Assembly: GCA_040752575.1 (NCBI GenBank)
Contig: JBFMGK010000015.1
Location: 1 to 64,000 of the forward strand
Reading direction: 5' to 3'
DNA from: Candidatus Bipolaricaulota bacterium
Lineage (GTDB): Bacteria > Bipolaricaulota > Bipolaricaulia > UBA7950 > UBA9294
Length of the DNA stretch: 64,000 nucleotides
Below are positions 8,720 through 18,916 of this stretch, piece after piece. Each line of letters opens with the position of its first letter. Within the stretch, counting starts at the first letter, position 1. The notes below the pieces were generated by a model that had not been told where the DNA came from, ran no database searches, and saw nothing but the letters and a program-made list of their open reading frames with translations. The translations under genes and the position numbers were made by a program.

Positions 8720-11419
8720 ATGAATGCGAAGCGAACGCTTCTGTGGCTGGCCCTTGTCGTCGTTGCGTCCGCGTTCGCGGCGTACGGCGACGTGCCGGCA
8801 ATGCAGCTCGATGCCGCGTACGACGCGGAGACGCGCGACCTCTCGGGAACGCTGTTCTGTCCCGTGCCCGCCAACGGTCGTGCCGCCTACTTCCTGCTCC
8901 TGCCGAACCTCGACCGCGATCCGAACCCGTTTCTCGGCCCGCGCCAGATGGACGCACGGTATCCACGCGGGTTTGAGTCCTCGAGTCTCGACGTCCTCGA
9001 GGTAACGCTCGTGAGCGGGGAGACGCGAACGACGGTCGAGCCGCGCTGGCTGGCGCTGCCGCCGACGCTGCAGACCTACAGTCTCGCCGGGACGGCTGTG
9101 GCCATCGGGCCGGTGCAGACGGACTCCCGAGCCGAGATCCGCTTCATCACGCATACTCCGGTGACCTCGCTCGGCGACGGCAGTGTCACGGAAGACGCGC
9201 TCACCTGGCGGTTCGGCTGGTATCCCCTGCTCCTCGAGGAGGACGGCTCACTCGTCGAGAAGGACGGAACGCTCACCGACGCCAACGGCGGGTTCCCGCT
9301 CGTGTTCCCGCGCGCGACGATCGACGCCAAGCTCACTCTCCCCGCCGAGGCCCGCTTTGCGACGGGAGCCGACGTGGTCGAGGTGCTCGACGCCTCCTCG
9401 GCCTCCGAGGTCACGACGTACGCGGTGACGTATGCGGCGCCGACCCGATCGTTCGCCCTGTTCCTCGCTCCCGATCGAGACCGCTACGTGCTCGACGGCG
9501 ACGTCCCCATCGAGGTCATCTACAACAAGGGCCACGAGTCGATCGCGCGTTTCCTGGCAACGATCGGGCGCGATGTCTTGAACGATTTCGCGGCGCGATA
9601 CGGGGCCTACCCGCGGTCGCGCCTCACGATCGTCGAGTCCCCCCATCGGGACGGCAGCGCCTACGCTGCGGACGGAATCCTGTTCCTTTCGAGCCGATAC
9701 TGGACCCACCGCGACGTCCCCGTGTCCGGCCTTCTCGACCGCCTCACCGAGTTCGTCGTTGCGCACGAGATCGCTCATATGTGGTTCGGTTTGCGCGCCA
9801 GTGTAGACCTCGACCGCGACGCGTGGCTTTCCGAGGGGCTGAGCCAAGCGGCCGCCGTCGCCTATATCGAGCGGCGGTTCGGGGCGTTCGGCCCCAACCT
9901 CTTCGAGATCGGCGGACACGGGGTGGCGGAGGACGCGGTTCGTCGGCAGTTCGGGTACTTCAACCTGCGCGAACACCTGGTCGAGTTCCCCTACATCTCC
10001 GCCGTCTGGGAAGGCTTCGACGAAGCGGTGGTCAAGCCGATGGCCGAGGTTCGTTACGCGAACGAGAACGCAACGCGCCTCTACGACAAGGGATACGTGG
10101 TCGCCCGCGCGCTGGCCGCGTACGTCGGCGATGACGCGTTCGAACGCGCGATGCGCCGCTCGCTTGCCGAAGGCGAGGGCCAACGGCTCGATGTCGAGCG
10201 GCTTCGCGTCTACTTGGAGGAGGAGTCGGGGCAATCGCTCGCGGAGTGGTTCTCGGCGTGGCTCACGGGCGACGCCACCGTGGACTACGCGGTGGCCATC
10301 GAGTCGCGCGGCCGCGCGGGAGAGACCCACGAGACCGTCGTCCGCGTGACGCGAGACGGCGGGACTCCGCAGAATGTCGAGATCGAAGCCGTCCTGACCT
10401 CGGGAGCAACGACGCGTCAAACGTGGGACGGCGCCGGCGGGGAGACAACGCTGGTCTTCCGGACTCCGTCCGCAGTGGCTCGCGTTACGGTCGACCCCGA
10501 GCATCGACTTCCCGATCGAGAGCGGCTCAACAACCACTCCCCGGTGAAAGTCGTGCGCGCTACCGTCGGCGCCGCCTTCCCGCTCGACGCCTATGTTCTC
10601 TCGACGAACGCTGCAACCGGCGAGGTTTCGCTGGGTCTGCTCGACCGTTTCCAGGTCACCCTCGGCGACAACCGCGCGGCACTCGCCGTGCGCACAGGAC
10701 GCGACGGACTCCTGCGGTCCGACGTCGCGCTCGTCGCGGGAAGCTTGGTGGGAGGAATCTCCTTCACGCACACGACCTTTGCCCAGCCGCCAACGGGCTC
10801 GGCGGCGGAAGCTTGGGAGCCGGACCTCGCCCTGTCGGTCGGCGCGATGCGGCTTGTTTCCGACGGCGAGCCGGTGACCCTTTTGCGCCTCGCGCTCTCC
10901 GACCTCCCCACGCTGGCCTCGTCGTCGCAGGCTGCCATCGGATTCGATCTCGTATCGACGGGCGCCTGGCGAATCGCCGCCTCGGCGTTCGGCGAGGCGC
11001 GGTTATGGCCGGGCGGATACGCGCAGGCTTCTGGAACGTTGGGCTACGCGCTGGGAGATCTCCCGACGGCCCTTCGATTCCGGTTCTCGGACCTCAAGGC
11101 CGTCCGCATCGCGCCGGCCGCGGTGCGCGCCTCCGGATCGCTTGCCCTCGAAGTCACGACGGCTTCGGGCGAGCCGTACAACGTGCTCAACCTGGCGATG
11201 ATCGACGCCGCACGTTCGGCGCTGTTCGTGCGCGGCGGTGTGGGTTGGACAACGCCGGGGCAATCCGGTACAACGTCCGCCGGCCTGGAGGTCGGGATCG
11301 AGCAGATCGTTGACCTGTCCACGCTCGGCGGCTTGCTCTCGCTCACCGTCCGCGCGGGAATCGCGACCCCTCTTCTCGGAGAGGGAAAGACCGCCGTGTA
11401 CGTTGACGTGTCGTTGTAG
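8720..11419 (+). CDS. Secreted M1-family (gluzincin) metallopeptidase with C-terminal beta-rich domain
   Basis: Signal peptide; HEIAH-x18-E (WLSEG); LYDKG; C-terminal amphipathic beta strands. Confidence 0.85.
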   Translation: MNAKRTLLWLALVVVASAFAAYGDVPAMQLDAAYDAETRDLSGTLFCPVPANGRAAYFLLLPNLDRDPNPFLGPRQMDARYPRGFESSSLDVLEVTLVSGETRTTVEPRWLALPPTLQTYSLAGTAVAIGPVQTDSRAEIRFITHTPVTSLGDGSVTEDALTWRFGWYPLLLEEDGSLVEKDGTLTDANGGFPLVFPRATIDAKLTLPAEARFATGADVVEVLDASSASEVTTYAVTYAAPTRSFALFLAPDRDRYVLDGDVPIEVIYNKGHESIARFLATIGRDVLNDFAARYGAYPRSRLTIVESPHRDGSAYAADGILFLSSRYWTHRDVPVSGLLDRLTEFVVAHEIAHMWFGLRASVDLDRDAWLSEGLSQAAAVAYIERRFGAFGPNLFEIGGHGVAEDAVRRQFGYFNLREHLVEFPYISAVWEGFDEAVVKPMAEVRYANENATRLYDKGYVVARALAAYVGDDAFERAMRRSLAEGEGQRLDVERLRVYLEEESGQSLAEWFSAWLTGDATVDYAVAIESRGRAGETHETVVRVTRDGGTPQNVEIEAVLTSGATTRQTWDGAGGETTLVFRTPSAVARVTVDPEHRLPDRERLNNHSPVKVVRATVGAAFPLDAYVLSTNAATGEVSLGLLDRFQVTLGDNRAALAVRTGRDGLLRSDVALVAGSLVGGISFTHTTFAQPPTGSAAEAWEPDLALSVGAMRLVSDGEPVTLLRLALSDLPTLASSSQAAIGFDLVSTGAWRIAASAFGEARLWPGGYAQASGTLGYALGDLPTALRFRFSDLKAVRIAPAAVRASGSLALEVTTASGEPYNVLNLAMIDAARSALFVRGGVGWTTPGQSGTTSAGLEVGIEQIVDLSTLGGLLSLTVRAGIATPLLGEGKTAVYVDVSL

Positions 11420-11442
11420 CCGAGGGCGCGGAGGAGCCGGAG

Positions 11443-13818
11443 ATGAGAGTTCCCGTTCGCTGGTTGTCGGATTACGTAGATCTTGAAGTCGAAGCCGACG
11501 CCGTCGCGCGCCTCGCCGATCGTTTGACGCTCGCCGGCCTCGAGGTCGAGGCCATCGAGCGCGTCGAGAACGTGCAGGGTCTCGTCGTGGGCCGCGTCGC
11601 GACCTGCGTCCCGCACCCCGACTCGGACCATCTCTCGTTGTGCACGGTCGACGTGGGCAGCGAGACGTTGGACATCGTCTGCGGCGCGTCGAACGTCCGC
11701 GCAGACCTCTTCGTCGCGGTAGCGCGCATCGGCGCGGAGCTGCCCGGCGGGTTTCGGATCGAGAAGCGCAAGGTGCGCGGCCGCGTTTCCTGTGGGATGA
11801 TCTGCTCGAAGCAGGAACTCGGCCTCGAAGCGCGATCGGACGGCATCTGGATCCTCGACCCCGAGCTCGGCCTTACCGTCGGCACGGACCTCGCTTCGCT
11901 CCTCGAGTTCGACGACTGGGTGCTCGACATCAAGGTGACTTCCAATCGCCCGGACTGCGCGAGCATCTTCGGCGTGGCGAGAGAGGTCGCCGCCCTGCTC
12001 GACCGCCCGTTGCGAGCCCTGGATGCCGCCGTCGTCGAGGACGACCGCCCGACCGACGCCGTCGTCCGCGTCGCCGTGGAGAACGCCGAGGACACGCCGC
12101 GCTATGCGGCGCGCGTCGTCGACGGAGTGCGCATCGGGCCGTCCCCCTTGCGGCTACAGCATCGGCTGTTGAAGGCCGGGATGCGCCCGCTGGCCAACCT
12201 CATCGACGCGACGAATCTCGCCATGCTCGAGCTGGGGCACCCGCTTCACCCGTTCGACGCCCAGGCTCTGACCGGGGAGATCGGCGTGCGTCGCGCTCGC
12301 CCCGGCGAGACCTTCCTGACCTTGGACGGAGTCGAGCGTAAGCTCGACGCGAAATCGCTCCTGATCACGGACGCCGATCGGCCGATTGCGCTCGCCGGGG
12401 TCATGGGCGGCCGCGCGAGCGAGATCTCCGCGGCGACCACCCGCGTCGTGCTCGAGATCGCCGTCTTCGATCACGACGTCATCCGGCAGTCCTCGCGCGC
12501 CGTGGGGCTACGTAGCGAAGCGTCGCAGCGATTCGAGCGCGGCCTCTCTCCCGAAGGCGTCCCGTTCGCCGCGGCTCGTGCCGTATGGTGGATCCAGACG
12601 CTCTGCGGAGGACGAGCCCTCGCCGGTCTCGTCGACCACTACCCGAAGCCCCAAACCGCGCGGACGCTCCGCCTGCGACCGAACCACGCCGCGGCGCTGC
12701 TCGGAGTCGCGGTGGATGCCGAGCTGGCAGCCGGCCTGCTGCGCCGTCTCGAGATCGGCGCGCGCGTCGAGCGCGGCGAGGTGGTGGCGGACATCCCCGC
12801 TTTCCGTCGCGATCTGGAGCGTGAGGCCGACCTCATCGAGGAGGTCGGGCGCATCCACGGCTACGATCGCCTGGTCTCCGTTCCGCCGCTCGTCACGACG
12901 CGCGTCGGACGGAAGAACCCGACCGAGCGCGGAAAGGACCGCGTGCGCGATGTCCTCACGGCGCTCGGGTTGGACGAGGCCGTCACGGACGGCTTCGACA
13001 AGCGCGGGTGGCGCGAAGCCCTCGGCGAGTCGGACGCGGACCTCGTGAAGGTCCGCAATCCGATGGCGGCAACGCAGGCGCATCTGCGAGGCAGCCTTCT
13101 TCCCGGCCTGCTGGGCGCTGTCGAGACCAACCTGTACCGCGGAGTCGACGGCGGGATGCTATTCGAACTCGGCCGGGCGTTCTCGCAGGCGCACGGCGAG
13201 CGAGACCTGGTCGCCGGGGCATTGTTCGGCCGGACGGGTCTCCCGCTCGCAGGCAAGGAGCGCGTTTCGTTCGCGTTGGCGCGAGGGATCCTCGAACGCG
13301 CGTTCGAAGCCCTGCGTCTCGATGGCGTCGTCGTTGACGCCTTGGGTGTCCCGAGCTACCTCCACCCCGGCCGCGCCGCGCGCCTCGTTCGCACGGGCGA
13401 ACCGATCGGCGTTCTCGGGGAGATCCACCCCGACCTCTTGGACCGGTTCGCCATGCCCACCGCCGTGGTCCTGTTCGAGTTCCCCCTTACCCCGCTCGTC
13501 GCCCACCTCGAGGCCCCGGTGCGCTATGAGGCGCCGCCTCAACATCCCGCCGCGAGGCGAGATCTCTCGCTGTCAGTGCCCGCGCGCGTTGAAGAGGCGC
13601 GCGTTCGCGGTGCGATCTCCGCCGAGCCCCTCGTGCAGTCGGCCTTGCTGTACGATGTCTACGTCGGCGATCAGGTCGGCGCGGAGCGCAAGAGCCTGAC
13701 GTACGAGATCTCGCTGCGCGAGGCCGATCGCACGCTCACCGAGGCCGAGATCTCGGGCGCCGTGGAGCGGATCGCCGCACGGCTCGCCGAGTTCGACGTT
13801 CACGTCCGCTCGGCATGA
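11443..13818 (+). CDS. pheT: Phenylalanyl-tRNA synthetase beta subunit
   Basis: IVCGASN, GMICS..ELG, TSNRPDC, HPLHPFD, RFERG, DLIEEVGRIHGY, FDX-ACB C-terminus. Confidence 0.97.
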   Translation: MRVPVRWLSDYVDLEVEADAVARLADRLTLAGLEVEAIERVENVQGLVVGRVATCVPHPDSDHLSLCTVDVGSETLDIVCGASNVRADLFVAVARIGAELPGGFRIEKRKVRGRVSCGMICSKQELGLEARSDGIWILDPELGLTVGTDLASLLEFDDWVLDIKVTSNRPDCASIFGVAREVAALLDRPLRALDAAVVEDDRPTDAVVRVAVENAEDTPRYAARVVDGVRIGPSPLRLQHRLLKAGMRPLANLIDATNLAMLELGHPLHPFDAQALTGEIGVRRARPGETFLTLDGVERKLDAKSLLITDADRPIALAGVMGGRASEISAATTRVVLEIAVFDHDVIRQSSRAVGLRSEASQRFERGLSPEGVPFAAARAVWWIQTLCGGRALAGLVDHYPKPQTARTLRLRPNHAAALLGVAVDAELAAGLLRRLEIGARVERGEVVADIPAFRRDLEREADLIEEVGRIHGYDRLVSVPPLVTTRVGRKNPTERGKDRVRDVLTALGLDEAVTDGFDKRGWREALGESDADLVKVRNPMAATQAHLRGSLLPGLLGAVETNLYRGVDGGMLFELGRAFSQAHGERDLVAGALFGRTGLPLAGKERVSFALARGILERAFEALRLDGVVVDALGVPSYLHPGRAARLVRTGEPIGVLGEIHPDLLDRFAMPTAVVLFEFPLTPLVAHLEAPVRYEAPPQHPAARRDLSLSVPARVEEARVRGAISAEPLVQSALLYDVYVGDQVGAERKSLTYEISLREADRTLTEAEISGAVERIAARLAEFDVHVRSA

Positions 13819-14237
13819 ACAAGACGATCATCGCCCGCCGCCCCGAGGACATGGAGGAGATCGGCGTCAAGCTCGCCGCGTCTCTGCGGGACGGCGACCT
13901 TGTGTCGCTCGTCGGACCGCTGGGATCGGGGAAGACGACCCTCACGAAAGGCATCGCGAAGGGTCTCTTGGTTACGGACATGGTTGTGTCTCCCAGCTAC
14001 GTCCTGGCGCGCGAATACCGCGGGCGCCTGGCGCTGCACCACGTCGACGCGTACCGCGTTTCGTCGCTGGCCGAACTTGCCGAGGTCGGCCTGGACGCAC
14101 TACTTCCCCCCGAGAGCGGCGTGACGGTCGTCGAGTGGCCCGAGCGAATCGACGGCCTGGTCGAGATCAGCAGCGTCCTCGTCCACATCGACCTGTTCGA
14201 CGACGGAGCGCGACGCGTCACCGTGGTCACGCCGTAG
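13815..14237 (+). CDS. tsaE: t6A biosynthesis ATPase
   Basis: GPLGSGKTT, VSPSY, HVDAYR, VVEWPER. Confidence 0.95.
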   Translation: MNKTIIARRPEDMEEIGVKLAASLRDGDLVSLVGPLGSGKTTLTKGIAKGLLVTDMVVSPSYVLAREYRGRLALHHVDAYRVSSLAELAEVGLDALLPPESGVTVVEWPERIDGLVEISSVLVHIDLFDDGARRVTVVTP

Positions 14238-15273
14238 GCGACACGGGGCCGTCCTTCTCCCAACGCCCTTCCAGCGTGCGGCCGCACGCCGGGCACGATC
14301 CGTCCCGCAGTGCGTTCTCGCGCACGACGTATCCGACACGGCGGATCAGCCGCCTTCCGCACGCCGGGCACACCGTCGTCTCCCCCTCGCCGGGGACGTT
14401 GCCGATGTACACGAACTTGAGGCCGGCATTGCGTCCAATGTCGCGCGCTCGCTCAAGCGTCGCGACCGGCGTCGGCGGCCGGTCGGCCAAACGGAAGGCC
14501 GGGAAGAATCGGCTTACGTGCCACGGAATCGCCGGCGAGATCCCGGCGACGGCCTCCGCCGTCCACCGCAGGTCGTCGGGCGCATCGTTGAGACCTGGGA
14601 TGACGAGCGTGGTCACCTCGACCCAGACGCCGGCAGCGGCGGCGCGCTCGATGGAGTCCAGGACAGGCCGCACGTTGGCCCCGGCGACGTGGCGGTAGAA
14701 CGCGTCGGTGATCCCTTTCAGGTCGATGTTCATCGCGTCGACGCGAGGCAGGATCGCCCTCGCGGCCTCGTGGCTGAAGTAGCCGTTGGTGACCCAGAGG
14801 TTCGCCAGACCGGCGGCGCGGGCGCGCTCCATGATCTCGAGGTAGTACTCGAGCGCAACGGTCGGCTCGCCGTACGTGTACGCAATCGATCGGCAGCCTG
14901 CCGCCGCGGCTTCCTCGACGACGACGTCGGGTTCCACCGTGTCGCCGAGAATGCGGCCCTCGTGCTGCCGTGGGTATTGCGACAGGAAGTGGTTCTGGCA
15001 GTTGAGGCACGTGAAGTTGCAGCCCACGGTCGCAATCGAGAACGCCTTCGTGCCGGGATAGACGTGGTAGAGCGGCTTCTTCTCCACGGGATCGGCGTCG
15101 CGGGCGACGAGGCGCCCAAAGACAAGGCTCGTCAGGCGGCCGGCCTGGTTCTCGCGAACGGCGCAGAGCCCGCGCGCACCCGGAGCGATCGTGCAGCCGT
15201 GCGCGCAGAGACGGCAACGAACCGCGCCGCCCTCAAGCTTGTCGTACAGAAGAGCCTCTCTCGCGATGCTCAC
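14227..15273 (-). CDS. amrS: AmmeMemoRadiSam radical SAM enzyme
   Basis: CRLCAHGC..GLCAVREN, DPVEKKPLYH, GCNFTCLNCQN, YTYGEP, C-terminal CPACG pair. Confidence 0.92.
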   Translation of the reverse strand: MSIAREALLYDKLEGGAVRCRLCAHGCTIAPGARGLCAVRENQAGRLTSLVFGRLVARDADPVEKKPLYHVYPGTKAFSIATVGCNFTCLNCQNHFLSQYPRQHEGRILGDTVEPDVVVEEAAAAGCRSIAYTYGEPTVALEYYLEIMERARAAGLANLWVTNGYFSHEAARAILPRVDAMNIDLKGITDAFYRHVAGANVRPVLDSIERAAAAGVWVEVTTLVIPGLNDAPDDLRWTAEAVAGISPAIPWHVSRFFPAFRLADRPPTPVATLERARDIGRNAGLKFVYIGNVPGEGETTVCPACGRRLIRRVGYVVRENALRDGSCPACGRTLEGRWEKDGPVSPTA

Positions 15274-15350
15274 GTTCGCATCCTAGCACAGGCCGGCGGC
15301 GGGGAGAACGGCCGCTTTCGCTCCGGAAGGCGTTTCCGTACCATCCGGTC

Positions 15351-17267
15351 ATGTCCCTCGTACAGATCGTCGACCTCTCCAAGTCGTTCGGAGGCGACAC
15401 GCTGTTCGCCCCGTTCTCGGCGCAGATCGCGCCGGGCGACCGCATCGCGCTCATCGGGGACAACGGCGTCGGGAAGTCGACGCTCCTTCGCCTGCTCGCG
15501 GGCGAGGAACGGCCGTCGGAAGGCCGCGTCCAGGCCATCGGCCAACGGACGATGGGCTACCTCCCTCAAGCGGCTCGCCTGTCCGGAAGCGGAACGCTGT
15601 TCGAGGCGATGGAAGCGGCCTTTGCCCCGCTGCGCGCCATGGAAGCCGAGTTGCGCGACCTCGAACATCGGCTGGCCTCCGGGCCTTCGGACGACGACGT
15701 GCACCGCTATGACGACCTCCTGCACCGCTTTGCCGCGGGGGGAGGCTACGAGATCGAGGCGTCGATTCGCTCGGCGCTTCACGGCGTCGGCTTCTCCGAC
15801 GCCGAGGCGACGAAGCCCGTCGCCGTGCTTTCCGGCGGAGAGGAAGCGCGCGCCGCGCTGGCGCGCGTCCTGTTGGAGCGTCCCGACCTCCTGCTCCTGG
15901 ACGAGCCGACGAATCACCTCGATTTCGGAGCGCTCGACTGGCTCGAGGAACAGCTGCTCGAATTCCCCGGCGCCCTCGTTCTGGTCTCGCACGACCGCCA
16001 CCTCCTCGAGCGAGTGGCCAACCGTACTTGGGAGATCGCGTTCGGCGAGGTCTCGGTGTATCGCGTCGGATACGGGCTCTCGCGCGACCTGCGCGACGAA
16101 GAGCGGCGCCGACGCCTCGAGGCGTTCGTCGAGCAAGAGGAGACGATCGAGAAGTACAAGGACTTCATCCGACGCCACAAGATGGGCCAGAAGCACCGCC
16201 AGGCCAAGGATCGGGAGAAGAAACTCGAACGGATCGAAGAGAACCGGATCGAGCGCCCGCGGGAAGCGCAGCGCATCCGGCTTCGCATCTCTGCGGGGGC
16301 GCCGAGCGGCAAGCGGGTGCTCACGATTCGAAACCTCGCTGTGGGATTCGACCGGCCCCTGCTCAGCGTCCCCGAGGCCGAGCTGTACCGCGGAGAGAAG
16401 GTCGCCGTGATCGGGCCGAACGGCTGCGGGAAGACGACCCTCCTACGGACGATCACCGGCGACGTTGCTCCGCTCGGCGGCGAGGTCGAGCGCGGGCACG
16501 GGGTGAAGGTCGCGGTCTTCTCTCAGACGCAGGAAGGGCTCCACGACGACCGCACGGTCCTCGAGACGGTGCTTTCGCAAACGAATCTGACGATCAGCGA
16601 GGCGCGGGGTCTTCTCGGCTCGTTCTTGTTCTCGGGCGACGACGTCGAGAAGAAGACGCGCAACCTCTCGGGAGGCGAGCGCAGCCGTGTCGCGCTCGCT
16701 CTGCTTTCCCTGATCGAGGGGAACCTGCTCTTCCTCGACGAGCCGACGAATCACCTGGACCTTGCCAGCCAGGAGATTCTCGAAGCCGCGCTGTTGGCTT
16801 ACGAGGGAACCGTCTTGCTCGTGTCGCACGATCGCGCGCTGCTCGAGGCCGTCACGACCCAGGTCTGGCTCGTCGAGGGCACGCGCCTTGCCGCAAAGAC
16901 GTACGGATACGCGGAGTTCCGTCGCCGCGCCGTCGAGGCGACAACGCGCTCGGCGATGCCCCCGGCGCATCGCGAGCCCCCCGCCGCGGTGCGCGCAGCG
17001 TCGGCACCCCGCGATGCGAAACCAAAAAAAGCCGACCGGTACGAGCGACAGCGGATCGAGGACGAGCGCCGGCGCCTCGAGGAGACGATCGGGAGTCTGG
17101 AGGCCCGCTTGGCGGAGGTCGAACGCGATCTGGCGGCGGCCAGCAGCCTGGGAGACACGGCGCGGATTGCCTCGCTCGGCGAGGACTATCTGCGCATCAA
17201 GACGGAGCTCTCGTCGAGTCTCGAGCTGTGGGGAGAGCTTCCGCCGGAAGGAGGTGGCCCTGCATGA
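15351..17267 (+). CDS. ABC-F family ATPase
   Basis: Two ABC cassettes (GDNGVGKST, LSGGE, LLDEPTNHLD; GPNGCGKTT), no TM segments, C-terminal coiled coil. Confidence 0.93.
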   Translation: MSLVQIVDLSKSFGGDTLFAPFSAQIAPGDRIALIGDNGVGKSTLLRLLAGEERPSEGRVQAIGQRTMGYLPQAARLSGSGTLFEAMEAAFAPLRAMEAELRDLEHRLASGPSDDDVHRYDDLLHRFAAGGGYEIEASIRSALHGVGFSDAEATKPVAVLSGGEEARAALARVLLERPDLLLLDEPTNHLDFGALDWLEEQLLEFPGALVLVSHDRHLLERVANRTWEIAFGEVSVYRVGYGLSRDLRDEERRRRLEAFVEQEETIEKYKDFIRRHKMGQKHRQAKDREKKLERIEENRIERPREAQRIRLRISAGAPSGKRVLTIRNLAVGFDRPLLSVPEAELYRGEKVAVIGPNGCGKTTLLRTITGDVAPLGGEVERGHGVKVAVFSQTQEGLHDDRTVLETVLSQTNLTISEARGLLGSFLFSGDDVEKKTRNLSGGERSRVALALLSLIEGNLLFLDEPTNHLDLASQEILEAALLAYEGTVLLVSHDRALLEAVTTQVWLVEGTRLAAKTYGYAEFRRRAVEATTRSAMPPAHREPPAAVRAASAPRDAKPKKADRYERQRIEDERRRLEETIGSLEARLAEVERDLAAASSLGDTARIASLGEDYLRIKTELSSSLELWGELPPEGGGPA

Positions 17268-17959
17268 CGGGGATCCCGGGACGTTCGATCGGCGAACGCG
17301 TCCAGTACCTGCTGCGCTCCGTTCCGGCGGACGTTGTCGTCCTCGCCGCAGCCAAACTGCGGACGCCGGACGAGATCCGCGCTGCGCTCGACGCCGGCCT
17401 CGGCATCATCGGAGAGAACTACGTTCAGGAAGCGCTCGCCATGCAGACCGCCCTCGGACGAGGCGGCGCCGAGTGGCACCTGATCGGCCACCTCCAGAGG
17501 AACAAGGCCAAAGACGCCGTCCACGCGTTCGATCTCATCCAGACCCTCGACTCGATGCGTCTGGGAGGGGCCGTCGATGCCGCGGCGCGCGCCGCGGGGC
17601 GCATCATGCCGGTCCTCGTCGAGGTCAACAGCGGACGCGAGCCGCAGAAGGCCGGCGTGCTGCCGGAGAATGCAGCCGATCTCGTACAGGCTCTCGACCG
17701 ATTGGACGCGTTGCAGGTCCTCGGCCTGATGACGATGGGGCCCGTCGTCGCCGATCCCGAGGCGCTGCGGACCGTGTTCCGCGACACGAGGCGTCTGTTC
17801 GAGACGTTTGCCCGTGAGAACTTTGCGAGAGCCCGCATGAGCATCCTATCCATGGGGATGAGCAACTCGTATCGGGTGGCGATTGAAGAGGGCGCGACCA
17901 TGGTGCGGATCGGAAGCGCCCTGTTCGGCCCGCGGGACGAGGGACCTGTCGGCTCGTAA
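17264..17959 (+). CDS. yggS: YggS/PLPBP pyridoxal phosphate homeostasis protein
   Basis: GENYVQE, WHLIGHLQRNK, GLMTM, LSMGMS, GATMVRIGSALFG. Confidence 0.95.
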   Translation: MTGIPGRSIGERVQYLLRSVPADVVVLAAAKLRTPDEIRAALDAGLGIIGENYVQEALAMQTALGRGGAEWHLIGHLQRNKAKDAVHAFDLIQTLDSMRLGGAVDAAARAAGRIMPVLVEVNSGREPQKAGVLPENAADLVQALDRLDALQVLGLMTMGPVVADPEALRTVFRDTRRLFETFARENFARARMSILSMGMSNSYRVAIEEGATMVRIGSALFGPRDEGPVGS

Positions 17960-17989
17960 GTCGCGCCGAGCTTCCGCTGGATCGTGCCT

Positions 17990-18018
17990 TTGACATCGGT
18001 TGCCCCTTCTTGTATGAT
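17990..18018 (+). promoter_or_regulatory. Near-consensus sigma70 promoter
   Basis: TTGACA-N17-TATGAT. Confidence 0.7.
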
Positions 18019-18095
18019 GGTAACGGTGCGTTCCTGAAAGATTCGGACATTCCACTGCGGAGCGGGCGGCCGCGGAGACCGAGGTGGGGTAGGCT

Positions 18096-18374
18096 GTGCC
18101 GATCGCCGAATCAGGAGATCGCTTCCCCTTCTTCGAGGGGTTCGCGTCGCGGCTCGAGTACCTCGTTGCGTTGCGGCGACTCGAGACGTTTCTCGCCGAA
18201 CTCGTCGCCGCGCCGCGCGACGAGTCGACTCGGCCCGATGAGCGCATCCTCTACGACTTCCCATCGCGTTCGGCCCTTCGCGTCGCCTGTCGGCGGCTCG
18301 CCGCAGACTTGGCCGGCGTGTCCTTCGAGGATGTCTGCCAACTGGGCGCCTCGCCTATCCCGGGACGCAACTAG
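18096..18374 (+). CDS. Hypothetical 92-aa protein with internal duplication
   Basis: Fills gap, downstream of promoter, SD-like GAGGTGGGG; repeats GFASRLEYLVALRRL / DFPSRSALRVACRRL. Confidence 0.6.
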   Translation: MPIAESGDRFPFFEGFASRLEYLVALRRLETFLAELVAAPRDESTRPDERILYDFPSRSALRVACRRLAADLAGVSFEDVCQLGASPIPGRN

Positions 18375-18407
18375 CCACGCGCGGCTACAATCCGCGTGGA
18401 GGTTGAC

Positions 18408-18896
18408 GTGAAACTGGGCATCCTATCCGACTCCCACGACCGCCTGCCGGCTCTCGAGGCAATCGTCGAGCGATTCAACGCAGAGAACGTGGACCTCATC
18501 CTTCACGCCGGCGACTTCGTGTCGCCGTTCACGTCGATTCCGCTCTCGCGTCTCCGTGCGCCGCTCCTCGGCGTATTCGGAAACAACGACGGCGACCGCC
18601 TGTACCTCACCCAGCGCTTCGAGGGGATCGGAACCCTGCACTCTGGGTATCACGTCTTCGAGGTCGATGGGCTGCGCGCCGTGTTGATGCACGAGCCGAA
18701 GTCGATCGATGCCCTCGCGGCGAGCGGCCAGGTCGACCTCATCGTCTACGGCCACACCCACGAGGCCGTGCTGCGCCAGGGGCGCCCGGCAATCATCAAC
18801 CCCGGCGAGGCGTCGGGGTGGCTCACCGGCCGCGCGACCGCCGCCCTGTTCGACACGCAGACGATGACGGGCGAGATCGTTCGCTTCTCCCTCTAG
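18408..18896 (+). CDS. Metallophosphoesterase (YfcE/MJ0936 family)
   Basis: SDSHD, HAGD, GNND, GHTH, INPG. Confidence 0.93.
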   Translation: MKLGILSDSHDRLPALEAIVERFNAENVDLILHAGDFVSPFTSIPLSRLRAPLLGVFGNNDGDRLYLTQRFEGIGTLHSGYHVFEVDGLRAVLMHEPKSIDALAASGQVDLIVYGHTHEAVLRQGRPAIINPGEASGWLTGRATAALFDTQTMTGEIVRFSL

Positions 18897-18916
18897 GCGC
18901 GCGGGCGCGTCGCAGT

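Noticed and set aside
14227..15273. RiPP-modifying radical SAM cluster
   Set aside because: Clear AmrS family motifs; no precursor peptide or SPASM domain
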